Notes: generated by a model not told the origin, from the letters alone. A stretch of DNA of 63,932 nucleotides, filler included, from Vannella sp. (GCA_023345925.1; 6 parts of 6 records of this genome joined end to end with filler, not necessarily neighbours in it), one strand, 5' to 3'. Shown: positions 11,044 through 23,366, counted from the whole stretch's first letter. Numbers and translations are program-made.

Positions 11044-11178
11044 GAATAAATAAATAAAAAAGACCTGGTTCTCCGGGATTTCGTACAAAATACAAAACAA
11101 TACAATACCGTGGAAATGGTATTTTATCCAACAATGGGGTTTAAGTCTGCGTGGCAGTTTACTTTTTGACTCTGCGCG

Positions 11179-13263
11179 ATGCGCCCTGAGCTCGCTTTGT
11201 TTCTTACACTCTTTCTGGGTGTCCTTTGTCAACTGAATACGGTGATCGATGACTTCTCTGACAACCAGACCGTGCCAATGATCGCCCAGTCTGGAGTTTA
11301 CAGTCCACCACCTTCGTTTCAAGAGTACAACTTTTCTTATGTGTATCCTACTCCATGTGGGAACCCTCTTGGATGTGCTCGTGATGTATCTGTTCTCTTC
11401 TTTGACGCACCATCTGATGCAGTGCTCCAAACCTCCGGGTTTCCAGGTGGGGGCCTCCTAATTGAAGGTTTTTCTGACGGAGACACCTCTTCTTCGTTGA
11501 TCTTCCAGTACGACGGGCCTGACAACTCCACGAAACTGAACACAAACTCTGGGTTTTCCCTCTTCTTGGTAGGGATCGACCCTGTCCTCCAAACTGTGAC
11601 CACAGGTCCGTTTAGTGCCATCACCGTCCGTCTCTATTACAAGGATGCCATTTCGAATGACACCGTTGCATGCCGAGCATCACGAAGTCCTTTAGGAGGC
11701 ACAGGGCTAGTTACTGAGGATTTCAAAGCGACAGACTTTGGAGGTTGTGACTTATCTGCGATCTTTGCTGTCCAAGTGGAGTTCAATTTGGCCGTTTCGG
11801 CCTCATCTCCCAAATTCATTATCAACTCGATCTCTGTTAACAAGTTGAACGCATCGCCATCCCCCTCTGATTCCAGCTCTGCAACCGTTTCTCCATCTGC
11901 TTCCCAGACTGCGAGTAATTCGGCGTCCGGATCCAATTCTCCTAGCTCCTCAGTTACCCAGTCTGATAGTCCCTCTGGCTCGCCCAGCAACAGTCTTTCC
12001 GTTTCAGAAACTGCAAGTATCACTTCATCCACTTCTGGGACTCCAAGTTACACTCCTTCTTCGTCTGTTTCTGGGAGCAGCACTCCATCTTCGTCTGTTA
12101 CTGGAAGCAACACACCTTCCTCATCTGCAACCACCAGCAACACGCCATCCTCGTCTGTGACTGGAAGCAACACGCCATCCTCATCTGTCACTAACAGTAA
12201 CACGCCATCCTTGTCTGCGACTGGTAGTAACACACCTTCCTCGTCGGTTACTCCAAGCAATACGCCATCTGTCACAACAACAGGCAGTGCCAGTCCAACG
12301 ATATCGCAGACGGCAAGCAACAGTCCTTCCTCTTCCGCGAGTGCCAGCCACTCGAGGACGCCATCGGTGACTTCTAGTGCCAGCCAAACTCCTTCTGGAA
12401 CTCCAACACCCTCGTTGACTCCTTCACCGAGTCCAGGTCCGTTCATAATGGTCTTCACCAACAACACGAATTCCACTTTCCCGCGCTCTGGCCTTCCTCC
12501 TTTTGCGAACGTGACCGTTGTGGAAGTCAACCCATCCACAATTCCTGCATTGGCTACTAACCTTCCTCTTCGATCCGTTGTGATCGATGTTGTTGTCCGA
12601 GATGTCAACGGAACCTCCGTTCAGCCCACTCAGGCATTCCAAGTGTGTTTCCCAGCTGTCAGTGGACCTCTCAGTGACTACTGCGTGGTTCTTGTGGACA
12701 GCACTGGAAGGGTCGGATGTGTCAGCGCTGGTTTGTTTGCTGCGAATGACGGAACCAACAGAGTATGCGGAGATCTTCGTCCGGTAGGCCGCCTTTCCCT
12801 GGCTTCTCGAAGGGATGTGAATCAAGCAAACTCGGTCACCAGCTCTCCGGTGCCATCTCCATCAACCGCAGTCTCTGCAACAATATTCAGGGTCAATGTC
12901 CCAGTGCCGACTCAGATTCCAGTGCCAAATCCAGTGCCAAATCCAGTTCCAAATCCAGTGTCAGTTCCATTTCCCAACCCAGTGTCCGTCCCGAATCCAG
13001 TGCCCAATCCGATTCCAAATCCCGTTCCCGTTCCCAATCCCATCCCTAACCCAGTGCCGAACCCAGTGCCGAATCCCATCCCTAACCCAGTGCCGAACCC
13101 AGTTCCCGTTCCAGTTCCGAACCCAGTTCCCGTTCCAGTTCCCATTCCTGTCCCAGTGAACAACGGAAACGGAGGAAGTAACATTGGAACAAGCGTCTCC
13201 AGTGCAGCCGGGCCGATTGCGTCCGTACTTTCCATTGTGTTGCTGATACTGCCCACATTCTAA
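11179..13263 (+). CDS. Secreted, probably GPI-anchored surface glycoprotein with Ser/Thr stalk, degenerate GAIN-like domain and (PVPN)n repeat
   Basis: Signal peptide [27 protein letters not shown] repeats; Cys-spaced domain at ~12440-12810; Pro-rich repeat; small residues (SSAAG) before a terminal hydrophobic stretch. Confidence 0.85.
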   Translation: MRPELALFLTLFLGVLCQLNTVIDDFSDNQTVPMIAQSGVYSPPPSFQEYNFSYVYPTPCGNPLGCARDVSVLFFDAPSDAVLQTSGFPGGGLLIEGFSDGDTSSSLIFQYDGPDNSTKLNTNSGFSLFLVGIDPVLQTVTTGPFSAITVRLYYKDAISNDTVACRASRSPLGGTGLVTEDFKATDFGGCDLSAIFAVQVEFNLAVSASSPKFIINSISVNKLNASPSPSDSSSATVSPSASQTASNSASGSNSPSSSVTQSDSPSGSPSNSLSVSETASITSSTSGTPSYTPSSSVSGSSTPSSSVTGSNTPSSSATTSNTPSSSVTGSNTPSSSVTNSNTPSLSATGSNTPSSSVTPSNTPSVTTTGSASPTISQTASNSPSSSASASHSRTPSVTSSASQTPSGTPTPSLTPSPSPGPFIMVFTNNTNSTFPRSGLPPFANVTVVEVNPSTIPALATNLPLRSVVIDVVVRDVNGTSVQPTQAFQVCFPAVSGPLSDYCVVLVDSTGRVGCVSAGLFAANDGTNRVCGDLRPVGRLSLASRRDVNQANSVTSSPVPSPSTAVSATIFRVNVPVPTQIPVPNPVPNPVPNPVSVPFPNPVSVPNPVPNPIPNPVPVPNPIPNPVPNPVPNPIPNPVPNPVPVPVPNPVPVPVPIPVPVNNGNGGSNIGTSVSSAAGPIASVLSIVLLILPTF
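12898..13157 (+). repeat. Coding tandem repeat (PVPN/PIPN)n
   Basis: Repeated 12-bp units such as ccagtgccaaat and ccagtgccgaac. Confidence 0.9.
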
Positions 13264-15644
13264 GTCCGGACTTAATGAAGAAGGAGTGAGATTCCCGTTC
13301 CCCGGAATGCTCCTTTTTGGGCGAATCTCTGCGCCACGAGGGACTTCGCTGAGCTACTCTCATAAACATAGTCAAAAAGATCTTGTTGAAGCTACGAGTC
13401 CATGCATCCTTGTTTGACTGAGCTCTCCCTCTGTTGGATGAATGGGGCAGAGTCCGAACTCGCCAAAAAGAGATTTTTTCACAAAAACTTTATTTCTTGT
13501 TCAGAATTGTTGGAATCTTCAGCTGTCACCCACAGTCTTCAAAGAAACCACCCTTCTCCATAAATGTGCAGGTTTCTAATGACCTGAACTGGTTCTTTTC
13601 TTGTTTTAAACACAGGAAATCGTGCTGAAGCGGCTTTGAGATACGGCAGGCTTGAAGGTCTACTTCACCATCAAACGACTTGAAAGTGGAGAAGATCATG
13701 ATGAGCATCTCCCTTCAACAGGGAACACCGTCGGCTTGAGCCCAACCTTCCGAACCCCTTCAACGGCTTCCCTTCCGAACCATCTTGCGTACTAATCAAC
13801 CTGAGACGTTCTTTATCACCCCCAGACAACATACCCAACAATCATGCAATCCATGGCTCGAGTTATCATCCAGACACACGCTGGCTGACTTCCATTGAAA
13901 TAGAGAGAGATTGTGCTTCGCAAGGCCCGCGTCTCTATACATTCCAAAGAGGAGCTGGTACAAATGCTCCCTTCGTGACCACTTCGACGGTTCTACTCGA
14001 CTTTTGCCACCCAAAAATGATGTTGGAGTGTCATAATCATAGAATCAGTTGCATCAGAAGCGTTTCTGAGGTCCTGCTAATCCCCAAGGAGAATATCCCT
14101 CCCCTCTTTCCCGCCAAAAGTCCCCCTCAGCGCTACGGGTAAAAAATCGCTCAAAACATGACCCTACTACAAACTACTTCTTGTCTACTGATAACTGAAT
14201 GAGGCAATGAGATAAGATCTGGGTGACAGAGCAAGGAAATCTTAAACCCGCCGAATGAATTCTCTCAGGTGTCGCAGCGATGACGCGCCAATCTCAAACA
14301 GACATACCATCTTTTAGTTTTAAACAATAATTACCTTCCAAAAGCTCAAAAGAAGATGTCTCACCAAGTGAAAACATGACGTCTTCAAGAGGTCACGATC
14401 TCGGAAAGCGCCTTCCGGTCAAGAAACCAGTTACGTTTATACAGGAATCTAACATCCCATAAGATGAATCCCACCAACCCAAGCTCAGGCCTTCCCCTGA
14501 GAATGCCACCAGAAACCCACAAGCTGAGTTACGGAACACCATCCACAGACTCTGCAATGCAAGATAATCATTCTGTGGGGGCTTGCATCATCTGATAGCT
14601 GACCTCTGGGCATAATCATCGCAGTGATACCGAACCTGAGCCGGGCACTCGACCACTATGGATGCCTGACGCATGAGACACCAAGCATGGGAGGGATGTT
14701 CATGATTCGCTGGAGCTTCTTCTCAACCCCAGAAGAGCGTCTCAGTTGGCCATGTTCGTTGTCTCCAATGGAGAAGACGCCTCCTTGCGAGTCGACGATC
14801 ACCATTAAAGAAGGAACCTGTAAAATATAAAACTATACATCATGGCTCGACCCCAAAAAAGTGTGAAAAATCGGGGGTTTTGTCCCTGATGAGTAATGCA
14901 TTTTAAATATGTTCTATTATGCGTCCACAGCAAGTTTTTTTTGAAAAAAAAAACTGGATGGAAAAAGTCTCTTTTTGGGTGCTAACTTTGCAGCGTTAGC
15001 GATGATGGAGTCATCTAGAAGTTCTATACAGCAGTAGATGTTGTATCTAAAGCTTTGTAACCCTTCTGGCATGCAGGAGATGGACTACACTCTTCTTTTA
15101 CCATGAACATCCGTTTAGGGAAACTGACGATCTCCCTTTCGCTTTAAATGCTAGGCACCAGATTTGGTCACAAGATGAAAGTACTAACATCCTACATTCT
15201 ATTGATACACATCGAGTCCCTTCAGCTGCCTTAGGTGCAAAGTTATCAACACAAATGTAACTTTTCCCCTTCAGTTTTTTTTTTTTTAAAAAAACTTGCT
15301 GTGGACGCGTAATATTTGTTTGTATTGCTTGAAAAGAAATTCATTCACCGTTCGCCAGGGGATAAAGTGTAAACAAAAGAAGCAGAAGAAGGCCCAACAA
15401 CTTCAAGTGAAAGCGACAAAAGACGAGGCATTACAACAAAGCATGTCAATTCGCAACCTTGTGATCCTCTTCTCTGTCACAGTGGGTCCTTTGCAAGCTG
15501 CAGTGTCCCATGCAACGAGAAACCTTAGTTCTACTCTCAGCACACCGGAGACATGCCCTTGTTGCAAGGAACATGACCCAGTGGAAAGCCTTTGGAGCTT
15601 TGCAAATGCAAAAAACAATTGGATCGGAGAGGCGGACGCTCTCT

Positions 15645-15950
15645 CTCTGTCCGGAGTCCTTCACGAGGATACAAGCCTGGTTAGAAGAGACGAATCGCAA
15701 CAGCAACCCTACCTTCATGGTCTTGGTTGCGAACAAATGTGACTTGGTTTCTCAGAGAGTCGTTGACTATGATGCAGGAGCTTCTTTGGCCCAGGAGCTT
15801 GGGATCCTCTACACTGAGACCTCTTCAAAGGACTCTGTCAGTGTTGAAATCGCTTTTGCTTTACTGGCTGAAGGGATGATCCAAACGATTCAAAACGCTC
15901 CACCAACCCCAATTCCTGCACTCCCAAAAGGCAAGTGCCCATTGCAATGA
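15645..15950 (+). pseudogene. C-terminal half of a Rab/Ras-family small GTPase
   Basis: ESFTRIQAWLEE, VLVANKCD (G4), YTETSSK (G5), VEIAF and terminal CPLQ; no G1 or G3 upstream on this strand. Confidence 0.75.
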
Positions 15951-16118
15951 ACTCCTCTTTCATGTCGGAAGAGTGATTTTCGTTCAATCTCTCCGTTTTG
16001 GCGAGCCAGAATCACTGTTTGTTCCTTTTTCTGTTGGTAGAAGAGCAAGGAGACCTCCCCTTGGAAGGTTCACTGAGGGTCACAAAGTCCAGACCCATCG
16101 CGCTGACGTTTCAGGGGC

Positions 16119-16415
16119 GATTCGGAAAAAGGTAAAGTCTGGAAACTCAAGAAGGCCCTTTATGGTCTTAAGCGAGCCTCTAGAGCATGGTTTAATACTT
16201 AAATAAAGTCTTCAGCACTCAAATCTGCCGGATGGACTGCCTGCCAGAAAGATGTTTGCGTATTCTGGAGACCAATTCCTGACTCTGCCGAACACGAGTC
16301 AATCTCAGTTCACGTTGATGACTTTCTCTTGGGAATGAAAAATGCAGATCATGTTCTTGGGATCATCAAGACACTCAACGACCATTTCCCGACCAAAGAT
16401 CTCGGCGTCGCTTCT
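16119..16415 (+). mobile_element. Ty1/Copia reverse transcriptase relic
   Basis: Manual translation KVWKLKKALYGLKRASRAWFNT*..KDVCVF..SVHVDDFLL..LNDHFPTKDLG, with in-frame TAA at 16200-16202. Confidence 0.9.
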
Positions 16416-16803
16416 TTGCACATAATAATACTGTCAACTTTGTCCAATCCTAATTGATCATCGAATGGCACACTCGAACACAGTGCGTACAGGTTAAATG
16501 ATTTGCCCTCCGTGAAGCCCCGGTGCGGTGGTGAGCTTATATTCATTTTTCCGGTTCCAATTTCTATAAAGTTTGTTGGATGAGGGGGAGGCTGCTCTTC
16601 CGCTCTACTCATTGAAACACGAACATCCTTTCGTCCTCTATCGGACCTTTCACAAGCCAGTCGAAAGACGGGGAGTCCACAAAGAGGTCCCAAATACGCG
16701 GGAAAATGGCCTCTTCATTCTAATCAGGATTTCCTGTGCATGAATGGTTGTTTAGAGGGAGAATGAATGATAAAGTGTCCATTGTGAGCTGCTAGGGCAG
16801 CAA

Positions 16804-19463
16804 CTACTTTCTGTGGCGAGGTTTCTTTGGACTTTGAGACACTCTACTCTCAGGAGCTCTCCAATTTCGGCGGTTACGGTTAGGAGCTCTTGAACTTCCA
16901 GGAGTTTTTGGACTCCAAGGCCCTTTGGGAGGAGGTGTCCTTGGACGGACAGACTCTAGTCGGTATTTGTTCCAAGAATCGTTCACAGGAACAAGAATTG
17001 GATCAGTCAGGAATACATGAGGCTTGTTGACTCTTTCAACGTTTGGCCGGCTGATGAAGCGAGTTTCCAGGGGAATGATTGGTTGATTAGGGCATGAATA
17101 GAGATTGGCTTTGTTAATCGCATCAACGAGATTATTACTGAATTGCTTTCCGTTTAAGGATAGCGCTCTCGCCCATCGGTTGTCAATTCCATGCCGCCGA
17201 GTGCCCTGTTTTGGAGCGTGTATCTCTGCAAGAAAGTTTTCCCTCCCTGATAACTCTTGAGGAAGATCTCTCCGACCAATGGGAATCGGAGGATCCTTTG
17301 CTTCCTCAGCAATTACAGCGACCATTGCAGGAATGTGCGCCGAAGACAAGAATTGACATCCTGGGGTCACACTGTAGAGAGAATCTTGCAGACCAGGGTC
17401 TCCTTTGTTTTTAACTTGGATCGCGAACATGCCCATCTTCTTATCACTCAATTGCACCAGAAATGCAATATCAGTTCGAGCTAGTGAGGATAACTCCATC
17501 ACCATTAGTTTGCGCGCTTCATTAACCCTACCATAAAGAAGCCTCTTGAAATCAGTATTGCCAGAGGGAAGACTCTTGGAATCATTCTTGTGTGTGTGTC
17601 TCACTTCTAAATGAGCAATATGAGCAACTGCTCCTTTGAGTAGCTGTGGCCAAGTAAAATTTTTGGGAAGGAAAGGGCGTAAAGCATCTTCCAGAGTGTT
17701 TGAAGCGGCTATCGCTCTGAAAAGAGTAAAAGCGAGCTCCCACTCTGCGGCTTTTCCTTTCACTGCTTCCCTAAGGGTCTCAATTGGGAGGTTCAGATGT
17801 CCAAGGAACTCGATCAGGTGGTCAACGCTTACACTCATGACTTCTTCTCCATAGTTTTTGAGTGCCCTGTACATGAGAATGTCCTTTTTCATATCAGCTG
17901 TCGCATAGAAAAGGGCTCTCTGGCTGCCAAGATGATCTCCAAGAGCTCGGGTGGTGGTTGGGGAGAAAAGGATGCCACTTGATATCAGATCTTGAGCCCG
18001 GACCGCATCATGTATGGGGAATATTCCATTGTAAATGAGTGTCAGTGCATGCAAATGTCTCACAGAAACTCCTCGAGTTCTTGAATTCACCGAATAGGCA
18101 CTCTTGCTCTCCCAGTTGTCGCCAATGATACTTTGATACTGTTTGATGGCATTTTGGGTTTGTTCTTCAACAAACTCATCGGAGAGCAGTTCCAAAATTT
18201 CCTCCTCTGTGTCAGGTTTTGCTGTGGTAAGGAGGCGAAGCCATTTCGGAAAGAAGTACTTGAAGAACGAATTTGGTCGCCCAATAAAAGCAGCCAGCTT
18301 TTGTTGGATTGTCGCCTGATGCTCATCGCCCTTGAAGAAGTATGGGAGGAAGAAGTCACACAGATCTTCTTTGCTCAATAACTGGAGGTGTGACCATTGA
18401 AGTACGCGTTCAGCGAGCGGAGAGATTGCTTCAAGGGAGGAGAAAACTCTCATTGAGAAATGCGTGTCTGCCGCTGCCACATTGAAATTGCCCTGAAAGT
18501 TCAGAATCTCTTTGAAAACGATTGCAAAGCCGTAAAGAAGGTCCGTCGAGTTCTTAGCTCGATATCCTTTTCCTTTCTGGGAGTCATCCTCATGCTCGAC
18601 GTGATTCACGATACCCTTGAATTTGCCGGTTGCATACGAAACTTCATCAAAAGCAAAGAGAATCTTCTGATTAGGAATCAAAAAGCCAAGGTCTGTCAAA
18701 GATTGCTCCCATAATTCGTCCAAAGCTGAGCGGCTCTCATCGATGAATTCAATTCCTTTTGTAAGTGAATTGTAGATCCTGTTAATCACCGTTTCTGAAT
18801 CGCCATTACGGAGAGCGTGCAACCAAATCATCCGAAGATTGGTTTGCTGACTTTCTGAAATGACCAGTAACCAAAGCAGATGTGAAAGTATGAACGCTCG
18901 AATGAAACACAATGCGTCATCGTGCAGAGTGACACTTGTTCTGCGTTTTTCTAACAGCGATCTCAGGGATTTTTTGAGACTCTGAAAAGCTTGTGTGCCA
19001 AAAGACATTGAAGATGGGACAAACCGGATGTTCACAACAGCCCATCCAGATTCTTGGTCGCAGGCTGTGGAATAGAACAGCTTTGTCTTTCCGCATTGAC
19101 TTGCCTCACTGATGGCAATGACTGACTTAGTCTGACGATCTTCCATTCCGTTTGATTCCAAAGTTTTGATCAAGGTTTTGTGGGCATCACCAGCAGGGGG
19201 AAGAAGATACCTATCACAGTAAAATGAATCCCTTTCTAGGCCCACATTTTGAGCAACTGGTAAAGCTCTCAATAACGCCAAGCCAACGCTTTTCTGTTGC
19301 TTTGCCAAGTCCCATTCTTCCATGGTGGTCAGCCTTGTTTTGAATTTGTTCAGGTCATTCTCAATTGTTAATAGATTGATGATAGCAACGTATCCCCCCT
19401 GCTTCACGGTCTCAACAATAGTCCTTAGCTTTTCGACTTTGAGTTTCGTGTCGGCGGCTTTTG
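16804..19463 (-). CDS. Crinkler/RHS-type P-loop NTPase plus restriction-endonuclease-fold protein, 5' exon(s) lost in the gap
   Basis: Walker A-like IAISEASQCGKT, Walker B ILFAFDE, KGKAAEWELA, RTDIAF..MFAIQVK; basic C-terminal tail; acceptor ttttttag ending at 19464. Confidence 0.7.
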
Positions 19464-19492
19464 CTAAAAAAAGAAAACCGGAAACAATCAGC

Positions 19493-19571
<79 letters not shown>
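19493..19571. repeat. (ATAG)n microsatellite at contig end
   Basis: About 20 perfect ATAG units up to the N run. Confidence 0.98.
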
Positions 19572-19671
19572 NNNNNNNNNNNNNNNNNNNNNNNNNNNNN
19601 NNNNNNNNNNNNNNNTTAATTAATTAANNNNNNNNNNNNNNNNNNNNNNNNNNNNNNNNNNNNNNNNNNNN
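19572..19671. other. Artificial contig linker
   Basis: 100 nt of N with a central TTAATTAATTAA (stops in all six frames). Confidence 0.97.
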
Positions 19672-20468
19672 TCACAAGCTACTGCTTCAAGGACTCAGAC
19701 ACTCTTGGAACTGGTGCGGACGGATGTGTCGTCTCTGCTTTGAGCCTCCATGGACGAAGAGTAGCAGTAAAATTCATGGCACTTGACACAGAGACCAAGT
19801 GCAACGTCTTTCAGAACGAAGTCTACTTTTCAAGGGTCCTTGAACGCAACGGAGTGTCCCTTCCCGTTCTGGATGTCCTCGCAAGGTACCCTCACGAGGG
19901 CGCTCTTGTCTTCGAACGCGCCGATCGTGATCTTCTCCATCTTGTTGAATCAAAGAGAGGACGACTGTTCTCTGTCTCTCGAGCTACTGTTATCTTCAAG
20001 GATATCTGCTGCTTGGTCAGATCCATGCACGACTCGAGGATCGCCCACTTGGATCTCAAGCCAGAGAACGTCCTCATTGACAGTCAGGGTAACCTGCGTC
20101 TCTGTGACTTTGGGCGTGCTCACCGTTGGACCGATGAATCACGTCTCTACGATGGACTCCTCAGCTCCGTCAGCACCAAAGAGTACTCCAGCCCCGAAAG
20201 ATACTCAGAGAGTGGTTTTGATGTCGCTGCTGCGGATATCTTCAGCCTGGGAGTCCTCTTCCATGTTTTACTGACTGGCTACTTTCCCTGGGGATTGTCT
20301 GCTTCAGGGACTGGTTCGTTTCCTTATCCGTTGAGCCTTTCACATGCACAATCATTGGATAGAAACTGTCTTGATCTTCTCTCTTCAATGCTGCTGAACG
20401 ATCCCTTATCTCGACCTTCCATCCACCAAGTCCTCGCTCATCGGTGGTTCACATTCTCCCAACGATGA
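19672..20468 (+). CDS. CAMK-like Ser/Thr kinase, 5' truncated
   Basis: LGTGADGCV, VAVKF, HLDLKPEN, LCDFG, YSSPE, ADIFSLGV; frame open to the contig edge. Confidence 0.88.
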
Positions 20469-20694
20469 AGAACCCTCGTATAGATGATATGGATCTGGTC
20501 CCATTGACTCTCTGGAAGAATCAAGAGCCGCATCTTCCCTAACCCAAACACCTCAGCTTGCTTCTTCATGAGATGTTTGTTTGTATTAAAATCGGTTTTG
20601 TTCACATACTCCAGTATCATACATATCAACTGAAAAACAGGAATGACGAAAGTTTGATCATTATTTTTTCGGAAAGTGAGTGGCGCAACGGTGC

Positions 20695-20760
20695 GGCGAT
20701 GATGAGGAATTGAACTGAAACATGGTGTTGATCCTATTTCGAGCTTTTTAACCCTGAGCC
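20695..20760 (+). ncRNA. SNORD36: Box C/D snoRNA of the U36/snR47 type
   Basis: GGC/GCC terminal stem, box C ATGATGA 20699-20705, internal CTGA, box D 20754-20757; guide CGAGCTTTTTAAC (20740-20752) is complementary to the conserved SSU rRNA segment GTTAAAAAGCTCG. Confidence 0.88.
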
Positions 20761-21040
20761 AAAGCTGTTTCTCATGCTTGATCACCTTACTTACCAACCC
20801 CCTAGGCTGTCGAGCACGATCCATTGCACTTTTTTGCAAGGAGACGCATCCACAGAGTGAGTACTTACAGAACCGGTGGACTGATGAACAAATAAGAAGG
20901 CTTAATAGCTGAGTCGCCCTCCCAGGCGGACAATGACGCATTCTTCTTCTGATTCACCCTCTCCTCCCTCCTGCTCCCACTCACCCCCGACCAGGAGCCT
21001 CATAAACAATAAATGTAAATCGCAGTGAAGCCTTTAGTAG

Positions 21041-22532
21041 TTAGTTGTAGACCATGTACTTGGGAGTTGCAGAGAACTTGGCGTACTGCTTGATCACCTT
21101 GTTGATGGCTTCCAAAAAGTCTTTCTCAGTGACAACCTTTCGGCGGTCTCGAATAGCAAACATGCCAGCCTCAGTACACACACTCCTCACGTCAGCACCA
21201 GTGCTATTGGGACACAAGCGCGCCAGCAGTTCGAAGCGAATGTTTCGTTCACAGCTCATCGCGCTGCAGTGAATACGGAAGATTGAGGCGCGTCCTTCCA
21301 TGTCAGGAAGACCAAATTCGATCTTCCTATCAAGTCGCCCGGGGCGTAGCAGGGCGGGGTCCAAGGTGTCAGGTCGGTTGGTGGCCATGAGAACTTTCAC
21401 ATTGCCTCGGGGGGAGAACCCATCAAGTTGGTTGATCAGCTCAAGCATTGTTCGTTGAACCTCGTTATCACCTCCAGCTCCATCATCAAATCGAGCTCCT
21501 CCAATGGCGTCCACTTCGTCAAAGAAGATGATGCACGCCTTCTTACTGCGTGCCAACTCAAAAAGCTCGCGAACCATACGGGCACCTTCACCCACGTATC
21601 TCTGTACCAGTTCACTTCCAATGACTCGGATGAAGCATGCATCCGTTCTGTTTGCCACTGCGCGAGCTAGGAGAGTCTTTCCAGTTCCAGGGGGCCCGTA
21701 GAGGAGAACACCCTTGGGTGGATCAATACCAAGGTCGACAAATCTTTCAGGCTGTACGGTGAACAGTTAGCGGGCCTCCCAAAGCAGTGTAGGTGCTTAC
21801 ATGAAGAAGAGGTAGTTCGACGACCTCCCGAATCTGTTCAATTTGCTCTTTGCAGCCTCCCACATCAGTGTATGTGACATCTGGCTTTTCTTCTACTGTC
21901 ATCATAGTGACAGATGCGTCAATCTTGGGGGGAAGGGGGATCTGGATCTGATACTTGGTGCGGTCAACGCTTCCCAAAGCACGTTAGGCATCGCCAACGG
22001 AACAAAAAAGAGTAAAATACCCAACACGCATGGACTCCTCAATGTCTGTGGGAGAGACACGATCTCCCAAGGCCACAACGAACTTGGCGATCTGCTTGAC
22101 GTTAATCATGTACTTGGCGTCTGGTGTTCCAGCATCAATGATCTTTGTGCAGTGAGCGACTTGAAGGGGTTGTTCACTGAGCATCTGCTTATCAGCGACC
22201 AAGTCCCAGTTGCTGGGAGGTGCGAGTCCAGTGTCTGACTCCTTGATGCCTGTGAGGGGAAATGCCCTATTGTGAGCCAGGGGACTTTGAGCGGCACCCA
22301 TAGGAGAGATTTAAACGTACCACAGATCTCATTGACATGCTTGGCAATCTTCTCGATGTCAGCCTCGGTGGTCTTGATACTCCGGGAGTAAGGCCCCAAC
22401 CCCTACCAGCCATTCCTCAGCCCTTTGAAGTATGCCACCTAAACCACCTACATAGGTCTTGAGAAGAGCAATATCGTCCTCATCGAGAGGTTTGGGGTTA
22501 TTCTCCTCCAAATGGTCAGGAGCGTCAGCCAT
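21041..22532 (-). CDS. PSMC2: 26S proteasome AAA ATPase Rpt1, multi-exon
   Basis: [64 protein letters not shown]. Confidence 0.98.
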
Positions 22533-22664
22533 GGCGAGAAGGTCTGAGAGAAATGATTATTTTTGATATGCCCGGAAAAGAAATAGGCGAACCTTCCACT
22601 ATGTCTGCGGTTCTTAGTTAGAAGGGAGGGTTTAGTGATCCACGATTAGGGTTTAGTGGTCCAT

Positions 22665-23366
22665 CTATGAGTCGGTCCACCCAAGAGATTTCATGACGTT
22701 CTCTTCGACTCGTGAGTTGTAAGCGTCAATGTCATCGCGCCACATCTTCTGTAGGGGAGTTAACGAGCCGGAGACAGAGAAGGAGGAAGAGAATGAAACT
22801 AACTGCTGCGTCTACGTTAGCTGGACTCTCGTCATTGGGTTCTAGGTGTGAACGTTAGTCGATTACTCGAGTTAAGGAGGAATCAGTTACCAGCGAGCAT
22901 GGAGACGACAGAGATGAGAATCTTCTCCACAGATTGGACCGGCGACCAACGCTCAGAACTGTTCTCGTAGTTCATTGGATCATTCCCTGGAGAGTGCAAG
23001 ATAGATATACACACTTCGCCACTACTGTAGACTGTACAGAGACATCAGGCAACGAATGGAGCAGAAGGAGGGAGAGGCGCACTATTCGGATGCCACATCT
23101 CGCTCAGGAATGTCATCTTTGGTGGATTGAGTGGGTAGTTGGGAGGGAAATCTAGTCTGGCAGTGAAACTCCCTCCCTCGTACACTGTATCTGGAGGACC
23201 ACTGATGATCGCCTCCCATTCGAAGAAGTTGTCCTCGCTCTTAGGCCCAGCAATGATCCCGTCCACTGGATTGGTACACAACTCTACTCTCAAGTGAGTA
23301 CCTCTCCAAAGCAGGAGCCCAAGTACCTTTGTACTCCTTCATAAGCCGAGAGAAGGCGCTGTGCAT
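22665..23366 (-). CDS. UBE2G2: Ubiquitin-conjugating enzyme Ubc7/UBE2G2, multi-exon
   Basis: [47 protein letters not shown] with the acidic loop; [13 protein letters not shown]. Confidence 0.93.

Noticed and set aside
13500..14830. Spliced gene or transposon remnants
   Set aside because: Some splice-like signals, but no recognisable product or terminal repeats.
19572..19671. TTAATTAATTAA in five N runs as a biological repeat or piggyBac site
   Set aside because: Identical 100-nt format each time; a synthetic six-frame-stop linker.
20786..20832. U1 snRNA (ACTTACC and CCATTGCAC)
   Set aside because: The 5' motif is not ACTTACCTG, spacing is about half that expected, and no 70K loop or Sm site is evident.
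20878..20916. Second C/D snoRNA (TGATGA..CTGA)
   Set aside because: Too short, and it also reads as the branch/acceptor end of a GTGAGT intron; unresolved.
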